A DNA stretch of 64,000 nt from Spirulina sp. (GTDB lineage: Bacteria > Cyanobacteriota > Cyanobacteriia > Phormidesmidales > Phormidesmidaceae), in the NCBI GenBank assembly GCA_044070495.1, contig JBIPSI010000024.1, positions 1 through 64,000 on the forward strand, in the 5' to 3' direction. This document shows, in pieces, positions 9,129 to 18,080 of the stretch (the stretch's first letter is position 1; each line of letters begins with the position of its first letter). Position numbers and translations under genes: made by a program. The notes under the pieces were generated by a model. That model made no database searches and was not told the DNA's origin. It saw only the letters and a program-made list of their open reading frames with translations.

Positions 9129-10334
9129 CTAGCGACGGCTAGCGTACTGGTAGGTGTTGAGGTAACCTCGCCCCTTGACGAGCACTCGTCCTACGGACTC
9201 GAAGTGGTAGAGGTGCTTGACCCGCTTGTAGGTTTCTTCGGTGACTTGAATCCTGCCCGGATAGCCCTGGGATTCCATGCGGCTGGCAATGTTAACGGCG
9301 TCTCCCCAGAGGTCGTAGCTAAATTTCTTGATGCCAATCACCCCGGCTACCACGGCCCCCGTGTTAATACCAATGCGAAGCTGAAAGTCTTGGCCATCGG
9401 TACGGGCAATGTGGTCGGCGGTGGCCTGCATGGCCAGGGCCATCTCCATGACGGCCTCGGCGTGGTCGTGGCTGGGTAGGGGCAGACCACCCACCACCAT
9501 GTAGGCATCGCCAATGGTTTTGATTTTTTCGAGACGGTAGCGATCCGCCAGTCGATCAAATTCCGAAAAAATTTGGTTCAACCAGTTCACCAAATCTAGG
9601 GGGCTGGTTTGAGCGGCTAAGGGGGTGAAATTGACAATATCGGCAAACAAAATGGTGACATCGTCGAAGCGCTCTGCCAGGGATCCCTCCAGTTGCTTAA
9701 GCTTGTCTACGATGGCCTTGGGCAGAATGTTGAGCAGGAGCTGTTCGGATTTTTGTTGCTCTAGGCGTAGGGCCTGCTGGGCCTGTTCTCGCTCCTGCAT
9801 TTCTTGGTGCAGTTGATCGTTTTGGGCCTGGAGTTGTTCCGCCTGGCGACGCAGGGCTCGCTGGAGATCCGTGAGCAGTTTGCTGGCCCCACCAGAGGAC
9901 ACCGCTCGCTGAGCCTGTCCCTGAAGCCGTTGATGCAGGGTGGAGCTTGTAATCTGCACGTGCAGACGGGCCACAATTTCCTCTGGCCAGAGGGTAGGGT
10001 TGATATAGTCGGCTACCCCGCTCTTAAAGGCTAGCAGGCGAGGGGCAGGCTGTTGATCGGCCCCGATGACCACAATGGGAATGAACCGTGTGCGCCTTTC
10101 CTGCTTGAGCGATTGACACAGCCGCCGCTCTGGCTCGGCAAAATGGGCCGTGGCAATGATCACCACATCCGGCAGCGGCGCTTGGCCCATGGCAAGGCGT
10201 AATTCAGGGGCTGCGCTATGGCGTAGCGTGAGGGACGCAGCCACCAAATGCTGTATCAGATCCGGCGAAAGGGCCAGACCGCATTCAGCGATCAATAGCG
10301 AACCCGAGATACCCTCAGGAAAGGAGTCGGTCAT
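9129..10334 (-). CDS. Class III adenylate/guanylate cyclase with degenerate N-terminal receiver domain and coiled coil
   Basis: LLLNILP, VTILFADIVNFT, EKIKTIGDAYM, YDLWGDAVNIASRMES. Confidence 0.93.
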   Translation of the reverse strand: MTDSFPEGISGSLLIAECGLALSPDLIQHLVAASLTLRHSAAPELRLAMGQAPLPDVVIIATAHFAEPERRLCQSLKQERRTRFIPIVVIGADQQPAPRLLAFKSGVADYINPTLWPEEIVARLHVQITSSTLHQRLQGQAQRAVSSGGASKLLTDLQRALRRQAEQLQAQNDQLHQEMQEREQAQQALRLEQQKSEQLLLNILPKAIVDKLKQLEGSLAERFDDVTILFADIVNFTPLAAQTSPLDLVNWLNQIFSEFDRLADRYRLEKIKTIGDAYMVVGGLPLPSHDHAEAVMEMALAMQATADHIARTDGQDFQLRIGINTGAVVAGVIGIKKFSYDLWGDAVNIASRMESQGYPGRIQVTEETYKRVKHLYHFESVGRVLVKGRGYLNTYQYASRR

Positions 10335-10700
10335 GAAAGTCCCGTGCTTACCGTGGCGGCTTGGGGCGCTGACCCCCTCCCCAGACGACCACTGCCCTGG
10401 GAGAAGGACGGCGGTTGAAATCGCCGGGGTATACCTAGCGAAGGAGGTCGTTGCTTTGTCATTATAGAAACCGCCCCCATAAAAACTACCCTCGCTCTCC
10501 CTGGCCTTCTGCTTTAGCTTACCGAGGCCTAGGGGGTAATCCGGGCAGAGTTGGGTGGTTTCGTGGTAGAAACAATTAGCCTTCCCGATGGGTGAACGAT
10601 GAAGAACCCATCTATCTTAATTATCCGCAAGGTAGGGCTAGATGCCGTAGCCCATCGGGCTAAGGTAGAGGCAGCGTGGACTTAGGGTGGTCAGGGACGG

Positions 10701-11681
10701 GTGGAGAACATCCGTGGAACCATGGCCTATCCCCATCGGGATCGACAACGCAGCAGATTGATGGATCGTCCTAACTATCCCGTTGATAATCCTTTTGTAA
10801 CGCTCAAGGCCCGCTGGTTGCTGGTAGGCTTTTTTGCCATTTCCATGGGCCTAGGGTTAGGGATGATCATTTTGGGATCCCTGCGCCTTTTGCCTATCCA
10901 AGTGGGCGACCCGATTCTGGCCCCGGTGCTCTATATTTTAGTCTTCACTAGCCTCTGCGGGCTGATTGTAACCCAGCGACGATTCCCGACCCTGCACCTG
11001 CAAGACTTAATGGGGCCACCGCCCTGGCATTTGGCCTGGTTGCAGTTGCTATGGCTGGTGGTGGGAGTCTTTTTATTTTCCGTGGGGGCTTTTCAGGTGT
11101 CCTATCTAGGGCTGTCTTGGGTGGCTCCTCACCTGGTGGAAGCCACGCTGCAACAATCGCGGCTGCTTTTGGCCGATCAGTCTGCTAATCCTCGGCTCTA
11201 CAACGGCCTGATGTTGTTTTCGGTGGTGGTGGTGGCCCCGGTGACCGAAGAGTTTCTTTTCCGGGGCATTTTGTTCCATCGTTGGGCGGTGAAATGGGGC
11301 GTCCGCACCGCCATGGTGATGACCTCGATCCTCTTTGGCCTGCTGCATTCCAACCTGATTGGTCTGTTTGTCTTTGGCGTGGTGATGTCCCTGCTTTACC
11401 TCACCACCCGATCTCTCCTCGTACCCATCGCCGCCCATGCCCTCAATAATGCCCTGGCCTCGGCCCTAGACTATGCCGCCATCCGCGCTAGTCCCTCCAC
11501 GCCCATCCATACCCTGGCCGAATTCCAGGCCAACTGGTGGCTGGGCATCGTATGCTTACTGGTCTCTGCCCCCTGGGTCTTGCGCTACGTGGTCTACCAT
11601 TGGCCGACTGCCGTCACCCCGCTGCCCTACTTTGTCAATCAACGTCAGCGACTAGGGTGCGAAGGCTCAGAAGCCTCCTAA
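10701..11681 (+). CDS. CPBP family intramembrane glutamic endopeptidase (CAAX protease-like); start may be 10722 or 10761
   Basis: EEFLFRG, FGLLH and AHALNN motifs; multiple TM segments. Confidence 0.92.
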   Translation: MENIRGTMAYPHRDRQRSRLMDRPNYPVDNPFVTLKARWLLVGFFAISMGLGLGMIILGSLRLLPIQVGDPILAPVLYILVFTSLCGLIVTQRRFPTLHLQDLMGPPPWHLAWLQLLWLVVGVFLFSVGAFQVSYLGLSWVAPHLVEATLQQSRLLLADQSANPRLYNGLMLFSVVVVAPVTEEFLFRGILFHRWAVKWGVRTAMVMTSILFGLLHSNLIGLFVFGVVMSLLYLTTRSLLVPIAAHALNNALASALDYAAIRASPSTPIHTLAEFQANWWLGIVCLLVSAPWVLRYVVYHWPTAVTPLPYFVNQRQRLGCEGSEAS

Positions 11682-11749
11682 AATCCAGGGAAGGGTTTGG
11701 ATGGGGAATGGGTGGCTAGGCCGATTCCCTCATCAACGATTTTCTGCAC

Positions 11750-11777
11750 AAAAAAAGGCCGATTCTCGGATCGGCCT
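11750..11777 (-). terminator. Intrinsic terminator
   Basis: AAAAAAA-GGCCGAT...ATCGGCC hairpin downstream of the minus-strand ORF ending at 11798. Confidence 0.75.
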
Positions 11778-11797
11778 CATCCCAAGTTTTGTACGGT

Positions 11798-12202
11798 CTA
11801 GCGAGACGGGGTCAGGGTGGTCTCGGACTCTTGGTCGTCGTGGGTCATAGGGGACTCTAGCAGGGACTCGCTAATCAGCACCGGCTCCACCTCGACCCCT
11901 GGATAGGTGGGGGACATGGAAGGTTCGACCGGCGCGCCATCGGGGCGCTGCTTGCGGTAGAGAAACATCCCTCCGGCAAGCAGGGCGGCGACGGCTCCAA
12001 AGCTACCCGCCGCCTTGGCCAGGGCTTGGCTGTCGGGGGTAAGACTCGACCCAGGGCCACCCTCGCCAGTGGCTCCTAGGGAGGTTGTTAGGCCGGGGGC
12101 GGCTTTACTGGCACCGCACCCCACGGCTTGGGCCTGGGTGGCCACACAGAGGGCTAGGGCTACCGTCGCTAAGCTAAGAGTGGATAATGTTGTGAATTTC
12201 AT
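11798..12202 (-). CDS. Hypothetical exported/membrane-anchored small protein
   Basis: Signal-like MKFTTLSTLSLATVALALCVATQAQA; second hydrophobic segment followed by RKQR; terminator downstream. Confidence 0.65.
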   Translation of the reverse strand: MKFTTLSTLSLATVALALCVATQAQAVGCGASKAAPGLTTSLGATGEGGPGSSLTPDSQALAKAAGSFGAVAALLAGGMFLYRKQRPDGAPVEPSMSPTYPGVEVEPVLISESLLESPMTHDDQESETTLTPSR

Positions 12203-12350
12203 CGTTGGTATATGGAGGAACGTCACAAACCTAAGGTTACAAACCGTAACTATACTTAACCCATTGACCCAGCCGAATCAGCATAGGAGGCTACAAAAGC
12301 CTGGGCTGTCATACCTGCGCTGTCTATAATCGATGACCGGCTAGCCCATT

Positions 12351-12379
12351 AAAAAAGCTGCCGTGAATCCACAGCAGCT
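12351..12379 (-). terminator. Intrinsic terminator downstream of psbK
   Basis: AAAAAAGCTGCCGTG..CACAGCAGCT hairpin giving a poly-U tail on the minus strand. Confidence 0.7.
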
Positions 12380-12564
12380 CCTTTAGGGAATTTGAGAAGG
12401 AATCTAGGGGCGTTAACCCTATCCAAGCGGCCTCATCAAAGCAACCTCAGGGTTCGACGGTCAACACTTACGCTCAGACCTAAACAGATTCAGACACAGG
12501 CTAGGCCAGAAGTCTGACTAAGGAGGCGACTATTGAACGCTGATGCTTTAGGGTGGCGCGAGGT

Positions 12565-12702
12565 TTACTTGAAGCCTACGGCAGCCTGCCACACAAAGGC
12601 TAGCAGCAGGAAGAAGACGGGGATGATCGGCAGCACATCCACTAGGGGATCGAACAGCGAATAGGCTTCAGGTAGCTTAGCCAGCAGCATTACAGCATCC
12701 AT
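12565..12702 (-). CDS. psbK: Photosystem II reaction centre protein K (missing from the ORF track)
   Basis: Manual translation: [54 protein letters not shown] upstream. Confidence 0.98.
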   Translation of the reverse strand: MDAVMLLAKLPEAYSLFDPLVDVLPIIPVFFLLLAFVWQAAVGFK

Positions 12703-13013
12703 GAACGGTTAATCCTCTCTCTACACAGCCAAATGAACCAGACCCATTGACGAAGGGGAGCAACCCGTGCCCCTGACTTCAGTCGAAATGTATCAGAATT
12801 ATGGTGCATTCTATCATGCTGTGATCGCTATCCTAAGCCCAGAAGGACGGGCAATTTGGCGACGAAATTGGGCAAACTGACTTCAGGGATGGTCAAGGGC
12901 GTGGAGGGCGGTTCAAGGCCCACGACTCTCCAGGGATCAGCCTTGCCCAGTCGCTAGCACCCCAAGCCCCAGGGCAGGGAGTAGATCGTGAGTCCATTGT
13001 TTTGGATTGGCCT

Positions 13014-14345
13014 ATGGTGTCACCCCAGACTCCGTCACAACCTAGGCGTTCTGTGCGCCATCCTAACCCTGGGGAGATGGACCTGACCCCAGAACAGACC
13101 GATGCGCTGGCGGCGTTAGACCATTTTGTGGCGGGTCAGGAAAAACTGTACCTGCTGACGGGCTATGCGGGTACCGGCAAAACCACCCTGTTGCAGGCGT
13201 TTATTCGGCGGCTGCGGGAACGGGGCGATCACCGAGCCATTGTGTTGACGGCCTTTAGCAACAAGGCCACCAAGGTACTGGCTACTATGGCGGCGCGGTG
13301 GCGGCTAGAGGTGGATGCCATGACCTGTTGCAAACTGCTGGGGCTGCGCCCGGTGGTGAATGAGGAGGATGGCAAGCAGGTTTTCCAGGTCGATCAAAAG
13401 CACCGCAGCCAGTTCGACCGCTACCGCCTGGTGATTGTGGACGAATGCTCCATGGTGAATGAGGAACTCTGGGGTTTGCTAGTGAATGCGGTATCGAACC
13501 TGTACCACAGCACCCAAATTTTGTTTGTGGGCGACCCAGCCCAACTGCCCCCGGTGAAGGAGCCGGAATCCGCCTGTTTTCGCAACGTGCTGCACCGCAG
13601 CGAACTGACGGAGGTGGTGCGCTACGGCGGTGCCATTGGCGTGATTGCCGAAGACCTGCGCCGTAACCTGGAACGCCCCACCCTGCCGCGATTTCAAACC
13701 GATACCAACATCGACCACACCGAGGGCTGTTTTGTGCTGCCGCGTCCTACCTGGGAAAAACTTTTAATCAAAGCCTTCACCAGCCCCAGCTACCAAGATA
13801 ACCCCGACCAAGTGCGCGCCTTGGCCTACACCAACCGCCGCGTAGCCGAGCTAAACCGCCTAATTCGCCGTGCCCTGCACCCGCCCCAGGCCCCCCGCTT
13901 TGTGGCCGGAGAACGGTTGATTGCCCTCAACCCCTGCCTCAACGAAGAGACCCTGGTGCTGTCCACCTCCGCCGAATGCGAAGTGCTTTATACCGCACGG
14001 GGACGCGAGGGAGAATGGCCCGTATGGATTCTAGAGGTGGAAACCGAGGAAGGCGACTACAAAACCCTGCGGGTGCTGCACGAATCTGGCCAGGGGGAAT
14101 TTCAAGCCAAGCTGGATGTTTTGGCTAAGGACAAGCGCTGGATGGAATTTTGGGACCTGCGCCAACGCTTCCACGAGGTGGACTACGCTTACAGCCTTAC
14201 GGTGCACAAAAGCCAGGGTTCTACCTTCCAAGATGTGTTTGTGGATATTCCCTCAATGCAGGCTAACCGCAACATTATCGAACGCAACCAGCTTTGCTAT
14301 GTCGCCTTTACCCGTGCCGCTAAACGGCTGTTTTTGTATCAATAA
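13014..14345 (+). CDS. SF1B RecD/Dda-like ATP-dependent DNA helicase
   Basis: Walker A GYAGTGKTT; IVDECSM, GDPAQLPPV, LTEVVRY, TVHKSQGSTF, YVAFTRA. Confidence 0.92.
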   Translation: MVSPQTPSQPRRSVRHPNPGEMDLTPEQTDALAALDHFVAGQEKLYLLTGYAGTGKTTLLQAFIRRLRERGDHRAIVLTAFSNKATKVLATMAARWRLEVDAMTCCKLLGLRPVVNEEDGKQVFQVDQKHRSQFDRYRLVIVDECSMVNEELWGLLVNAVSNLYHSTQILFVGDPAQLPPVKEPESACFRNVLHRSELTEVVRYGGAIGVIAEDLRRNLERPTLPRFQTDTNIDHTEGCFVLPRPTWEKLLIKAFTSPSYQDNPDQVRALAYTNRRVAELNRLIRRALHPPQAPRFVAGERLIALNPCLNEETLVLSTSAECEVLYTARGREGEWPVWILEVETEEGDYKTLRVLHESGQGEFQAKLDVLAKDKRWMEFWDLRQRFHEVDYAYSLTVHKSQGSTFQDVFVDIPSMQANRNIIERNQLCYVAFTRAAKRLFLYQ

Positions 14346-14445
14346 ATCTGGCTGGTCGGCCATTGAGGCGAGATCTCTGTTTGCCTGTCATAACTCCTGA
14401 AAGCCCTGAAAATACGTGGCTACAGAGTCACAGGGTATAGCTCAC

Positions 14446-14557
14446 TTGGTTGACTGACAAAACTTGCTAGAACCCATATCTGTCAAAGGGGCAGGAGACC
14501 TGACCCCCCATGAAACCAATACTGTAGGGGCGCGAAAACCTCGCCCGACGCAGAATC
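14446..14557. repeat. REP-doublet composite repeat, copy A (related to 58271-58402)
   Basis: TGGTTGACTGACAAAACTTG...GTCAAAGGGGCAGGAGACCTGACCCC...GTAGGGGCGCG...CGCAGAATC aligns by eye with the 58.3-kb copy. Confidence 0.8.
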
Positions 14558-14606
14558 TGATGACTATTTACTTGGTCTGCTCGTAGAATGCCCCATCTGA
14601 GATAGC

Positions 14607-15578
14607 TCACACCTTGGGAGATCCCAAAGCCCCCAGCAGCAGGAAGGGCCAGGGTATCTCCAGGTCGGGTACCCATGCCGCGTATTGCCGCAGTCCGGGC
14701 ACGGCATAGGGCAGCACAAACCGCAGGGATCGCAACGACGCAGGCCGCTGACCATCTGCATCCACTAGCCCATACCCTCTGGCGAGTTCCGCCACAATTT
14801 GCACCTGTCCGGTACGGCGGAGCACCTGGGCATCGGCGGCGAGGGCGGCAATCACCCGTCCAGTCAGGAGGGGTGTTTCCCAGTTGTACGCTTCTTTGAT
14901 AGCCTCAGCCTCCCCGGTTGGCCGATTCCCCAGGCCCATCTCTGCGGCAAACTGGGTCATCAGTTCTGTGCCCACGATCCCTGGCCAAATGGAGAGAGAG
15001 GCCACATTGTGGGGTTTTAGCTCGATGGCCATATCCGCCGCTAGGCGGTCACAGGCCGCTTTGCCCACGCCATAGGGCACCCCAAAGATGTAGGACAGCC
15101 CACCCCAGGAGGACAGGGTACAGATCAGCCCTCGCTGACGGGGCACCATCAGCCGAGCGGCATAGACACTAGCCAAATAATGACTTCGTAGCCCCACCTC
15201 GTTACAGGCATCCCAAAACGTGGGATCAGCTTCCCAGAAGGGTTTGCCGTAGGCAGTACGCAGGGCGGACACTCCGGCATAGGCATTGTTGACCAACAGA
15301 TCGAGTTGGCCCTTCTGCTCCTTTTGAAGGCGGTCAAAGAGAGCCTTCACCTGGTCATCGTCGCTGTGGTCTACCTGCACTGAAATCGCCACACCACCCG
15401 CCTGTTCTACGGCAGCAGCGGTTTCCTCCAGGGAACCGAGGCCATCCTCGGTAGCGGTCATCGTTCGCCCGGTCAGATAGACCGTAGCCCCAGCTTCTCC
15501 AAGGCCCATGGCGATGCCTTTGCCTAACCCTCTAGTGGCCCCCGTTACTAGGGCAATCCTTCCCTCCAGCGGTTTCAT
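14607..15578 (-). CDS. SDR family oxidoreductase (DHRS1-like)
   Basis: VTGATRGLGKG, LLVNNA, YGVGK catalytic motif. Confidence 0.93.
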   Translation of the reverse strand: MKPLEGRIALVTGATRGLGKGIAMGLGEAGATVYLTGRTMTATEDGLGSLEETAAAVEQAGGVAISVQVDHSDDDQVKALFDRLQKEQKGQLDLLVNNAYAGVSALRTAYGKPFWEADPTFWDACNEVGLRSHYLASVYAARLMVPRQRGLICTLSSWGGLSYIFGVPYGVGKAACDRLAADMAIELKPHNVASLSIWPGIVGTELMTQFAAEMGLGNRPTGEAEAIKEAYNWETPLLTGRVIAALAADAQVLRRTGQVQIVAELARGYGLVDADGQRPASLRSLRFVLPYAVPGLRQYAAWVPDLEIPWPFLLLGALGSPKV

Positions 15579-15793
15579 AGACCCTCCTGCTACACTCCGA
15601 TCTTAAAGAATCTTAAAGATTAGAGGGGCAAATAGCGATGTGAGGTCCTTCAAGCTATGTTGCGTCCCCACGAATCAGAGGCGATGGAACGCTACCCAGT
15701 TTCAACGGTGGTGAACAAACCCCAGAACGATACGCCAGACGGCATGGCACCCATTGACCTAACCCTGTCATCGGGGTGTGATGTTGTGTCGCC

Positions 15794-16024
15794 CTAGTCG
15801 TAAAGGCGGCAGCGGCTAAAGTCGATCTGTGGCCCGGTAGAGCAGTAGACCAAACAACGCCCTGCGTCTAGGGCATCCTGGCTGGTGGAGTAGGTTTCGC
15901 CATCGGTAAGGGCCGCGAGTTCGGGGGTAAGCACCCAGCAGCAAAAGCCGGTGGCGCGGCGGTGGGTCACCGCCACAATCCAGTCGGGGAAGGCAATCAA
16001 TTCGGTCACGGTCTGCTTGGCCAT
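15794..16024 (-). CDS. Small hypothetical protein divergent from recA
   Basis: 76-aa ORF with ATG and AGGGGG RBS-like element; fills the intergenic gap. Confidence 0.6.
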   Translation of the reverse strand: MAKQTVTELIAFPDWIVAVTHRRATGFCCWVLTPELAALTDGETYSTSQDALDAGRCLVYCSTGPQIDFSRCRLYD

Positions 16025-16096
16025 GTTTACCCCCTGACAGTGGGAGGTTCAATTTCAGCTATCCTGTCCAGCCTGGATAACTCCCTATTGCGATTT

Positions 16097-16110
16097 GGAA
16101 CAATTGTACT
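16097..16110 (-). promoter_or_regulatory. Cyanobacterial LexA (SOS) box
   Basis: Reverse complement AGTACAATTGTTCC matches consensus RGTACNNNDGTWCB; 67 bp upstream of the recA ATG. Confidence 0.8.
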
Positions 16111-16176
16111 AAACTGGTTCTCTAAAGACAACTGTTCTGGGGTTCAGAGGTCTTGTTCTATCGCACCGAGGGAATT

Positions 16177-17292
16177 ATGGCAGGCCGGAAAAGCAGCAAA
16201 GCGGACGACACAGCGGCAAAGAAGACACCGGAGCAGACTGAGAAGGCCAAGGCGTTGACGATGGTGCTGAATCAGATTGAGCGCAACTTTGGCAAGGGCG
16301 CGATCATGCGGTTAGGGGATGCCGCCCGGATGAAGGTTGAGACCATTCCCACCGGGGCGTTGACCCTTGACCTGGCCCTAGGCGGTGGTCTGCCCAAGGG
16401 GCGGATCATTGAAATCTATGGCCCGGAGAGTTCAGGGAAGACCACCGTGGCGCTCCATGTTCTCGCTGAGGTGCAGAAGATGGGTGGGGTAGCGGCCTTT
16501 GTGGATGCTGAACATGCCCTTGACCCGATCTATGCCGCCGCCCTGGGGGTGAATGTGGATGAACTGCTGGTATCCCAGCCGGATACCGGAGAGATGGGTT
16601 TGGAGGTGGTGGATCAGTTGGTGCGGTCGTCGGCCATTGATGTGGTGGTGGTGGATTCCGTAGCGGCCCTGGTGCCCCGGGCAGAGATTGAGGGGGAGAT
16701 GGGGGACGCCCACGTTGGCCTCCAGGCCCGGTTGATGAGCCAAGCCCTGCGGAAGATTACCGGGAGCATTGGTAAGTCGCAATGTACGGTCATTTTCCTG
16801 AACCAGCTACGCCAAAAGATCGGCATCTCCTACGGCAATCCTGAAGTCACCACCGGGGGGAATGCGCTCAAGTTCTATGCCTCGGTGCGCCTAGACATTC
16901 GCCGCATCCAAACCCTGAAGAAGGGCACGGAAGAGTACGGGATTCGCGCCAAGGTGAAGGTGGCTAAGAACAAGGTGGCCCCGCCCTTCCGCATTGGCGA
17001 GTTTGACATTCTCTTTGGCCAGGGCATCTCTAGCATGGGCTGTTTGGTTGACCTAGCCGAGCAGCATGGGGTGATCGTCCGTAAGGGAGCCTGGTACAGC
17101 TATGAGGGCGACAACGTGGCCCAGGGGCGAGACAACACCGTGCAGCGGCTGCTGGAAGATGCTGAGTTTGCTCAGAAGGTAGAGGCCCAGGTGCGGGAGA
17201 AGTTGGAGATCAGCGGCGGGGTGGTGGCCACTGAAGATATGGAGATTGAAGTTGAGGACGAGGATGAAGCCTATCTAGACGAGGACGAGTAA
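16177..17292 (+). CDS. recA: Recombinase A
   Basis: [46 protein letters not shown]; acidic tail. Confidence 0.99.
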   Translation: MAGRKSSKADDTAAKKTPEQTEKAKALTMVLNQIERNFGKGAIMRLGDAARMKVETIPTGALTLDLALGGGLPKGRIIEIYGPESSGKTTVALHVLAEVQKMGGVAAFVDAEHALDPIYAAALGVNVDELLVSQPDTGEMGLEVVDQLVRSSAIDVVVVDSVAALVPRAEIEGEMGDAHVGLQARLMSQALRKITGSIGKSQCTVIFLNQLRQKIGISYGNPEVTTGGNALKFYASVRLDIRRIQTLKKGTEEYGIRAKVKVAKNKVAPPFRIGEFDILFGQGISSMGCLVDLAEQHGVIVRKGAWYSYEGDNVAQGRDNTVQRLLEDAEFAQKVEAQVREKLEISGGVVATEDMEIEVEDEDEAYLDEDE

Positions 17293-17379
17293 GCGGCTTT
17301 GCATCCATGTTCGAGGACTTGGACTTCAACCATGGATGCTCCGGCCATTGGGCCAACTGTCTCTAGATCTGATGCGACT

Positions 17380-17756
17380 CTAGCGCTCACACCGTTGCTT
17401 CAGATCCGCAGCAAATGCTTCAAGGGATGGAGTTAGGTCGGGAAGGATACGGCCTAACAGCGGTTCCAGTAAACCCCTAAACACTTCGGAAACGCTGAAC
17501 TCGGTGGTGCCGTCCAGGTTTGGGGTCAGGGTGAGAGGGCGTTTGAAAAGGGTTGCCTCAGGTGCGATTGGTCGCAAGATCGGTGCAAATCTACGGGATT
17601 TTTGACGCCTGAGGCTGACCTCATCGGTATAACTTGGGACAAGCTTCGGCTTTTCAAACGTCCTCTGAAGGCGCGATCACCCCTAAACACCGCCACTTCG
17701 ACCTCAAAGACGGCAAAAAATGCCATTGACTTGGCGGGATCGATGCCGTTCACCAT
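17380..17756 (-). pseudogene. SRPBCC/polyketide-cyclase-like gene remnant interrupted by a MITE
   Basis: Removing 17535-17665 plus one TGA restores ...VFRGDRAFTLTPNLDGTTEFSVSEVFRGLLEPLLGRILPDLTPSLEAFAADLKQRCER*, a typical SRPBCC C-terminal half. Confidence 0.8.
17535..17665. mobile_element. 131-bp MITE, copy 1
   Basis: 16-bp TIRs GAGGGCGTTTGAAAAG / CTTTTCAAACGTCCTC; TGA direct repeat on both sides; second copy at 24247-24377. Confidence 0.92.
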
Positions 17757-17777
17757 AGCGGCCTATCTGCAACTGTT

Positions 17778-18014
17778 CTAGGCGGCCAACAAGGTGATGT
17801 CCGTGGTTACCTGCTGAACCACCCTATTGGTGTGGGGGCGCAGCAACTCCTGCATGAGGCTCTCAGCGTCGGGGGAAAAGTGCTGGACAACGACAAAGGC
17901 GGCACCGCTGTCACTCGGCATCGCCTTAAAGAACAACGCTAGGGCTGGTAGCCCTCCGGCGGAGGCCCCTAGGCCCACCACAAACATCGGCGTATGGTTA
18001 GGGTTGTGCGCCAT
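17778..18014 (-). pseudogene. Truncated CheB-type methylesterase (N-terminus of a CheB/CheR-like protein)
   Basis: FVVGLGASAGGL..AFVVVQHFSPD..SLM.ELL, ends after 78 aa without the third catalytic (Asp) motif. Confidence 0.85.
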
Positions 18015-18080
18015 GGCTCAAGGTAACAAGGGGCAGGCCTGAGAACGATGAACAACCGAAGCGGAGAGGGGCAGTGCCCC

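Noticed and set aside
13014..14345. Helicase as a marker of a prophage or defence island
   Set aside because: No integrase, structural, nuclease or other defence genes are adjacent; the flanks are core genes.
14433..14452. GGGTATAGCTCACTTGGT resembles a tRNA 5' end
   Set aside because: No anticodon arm, T-loop or acceptor complement follows; the sequence runs into a dispersed repeat.
17380..17756. Two overlapping ORFs of 65 and 76 aa as separate genes
   Set aside because: They are explained as one SRPBCC remnant split by the 131-bp MITE.
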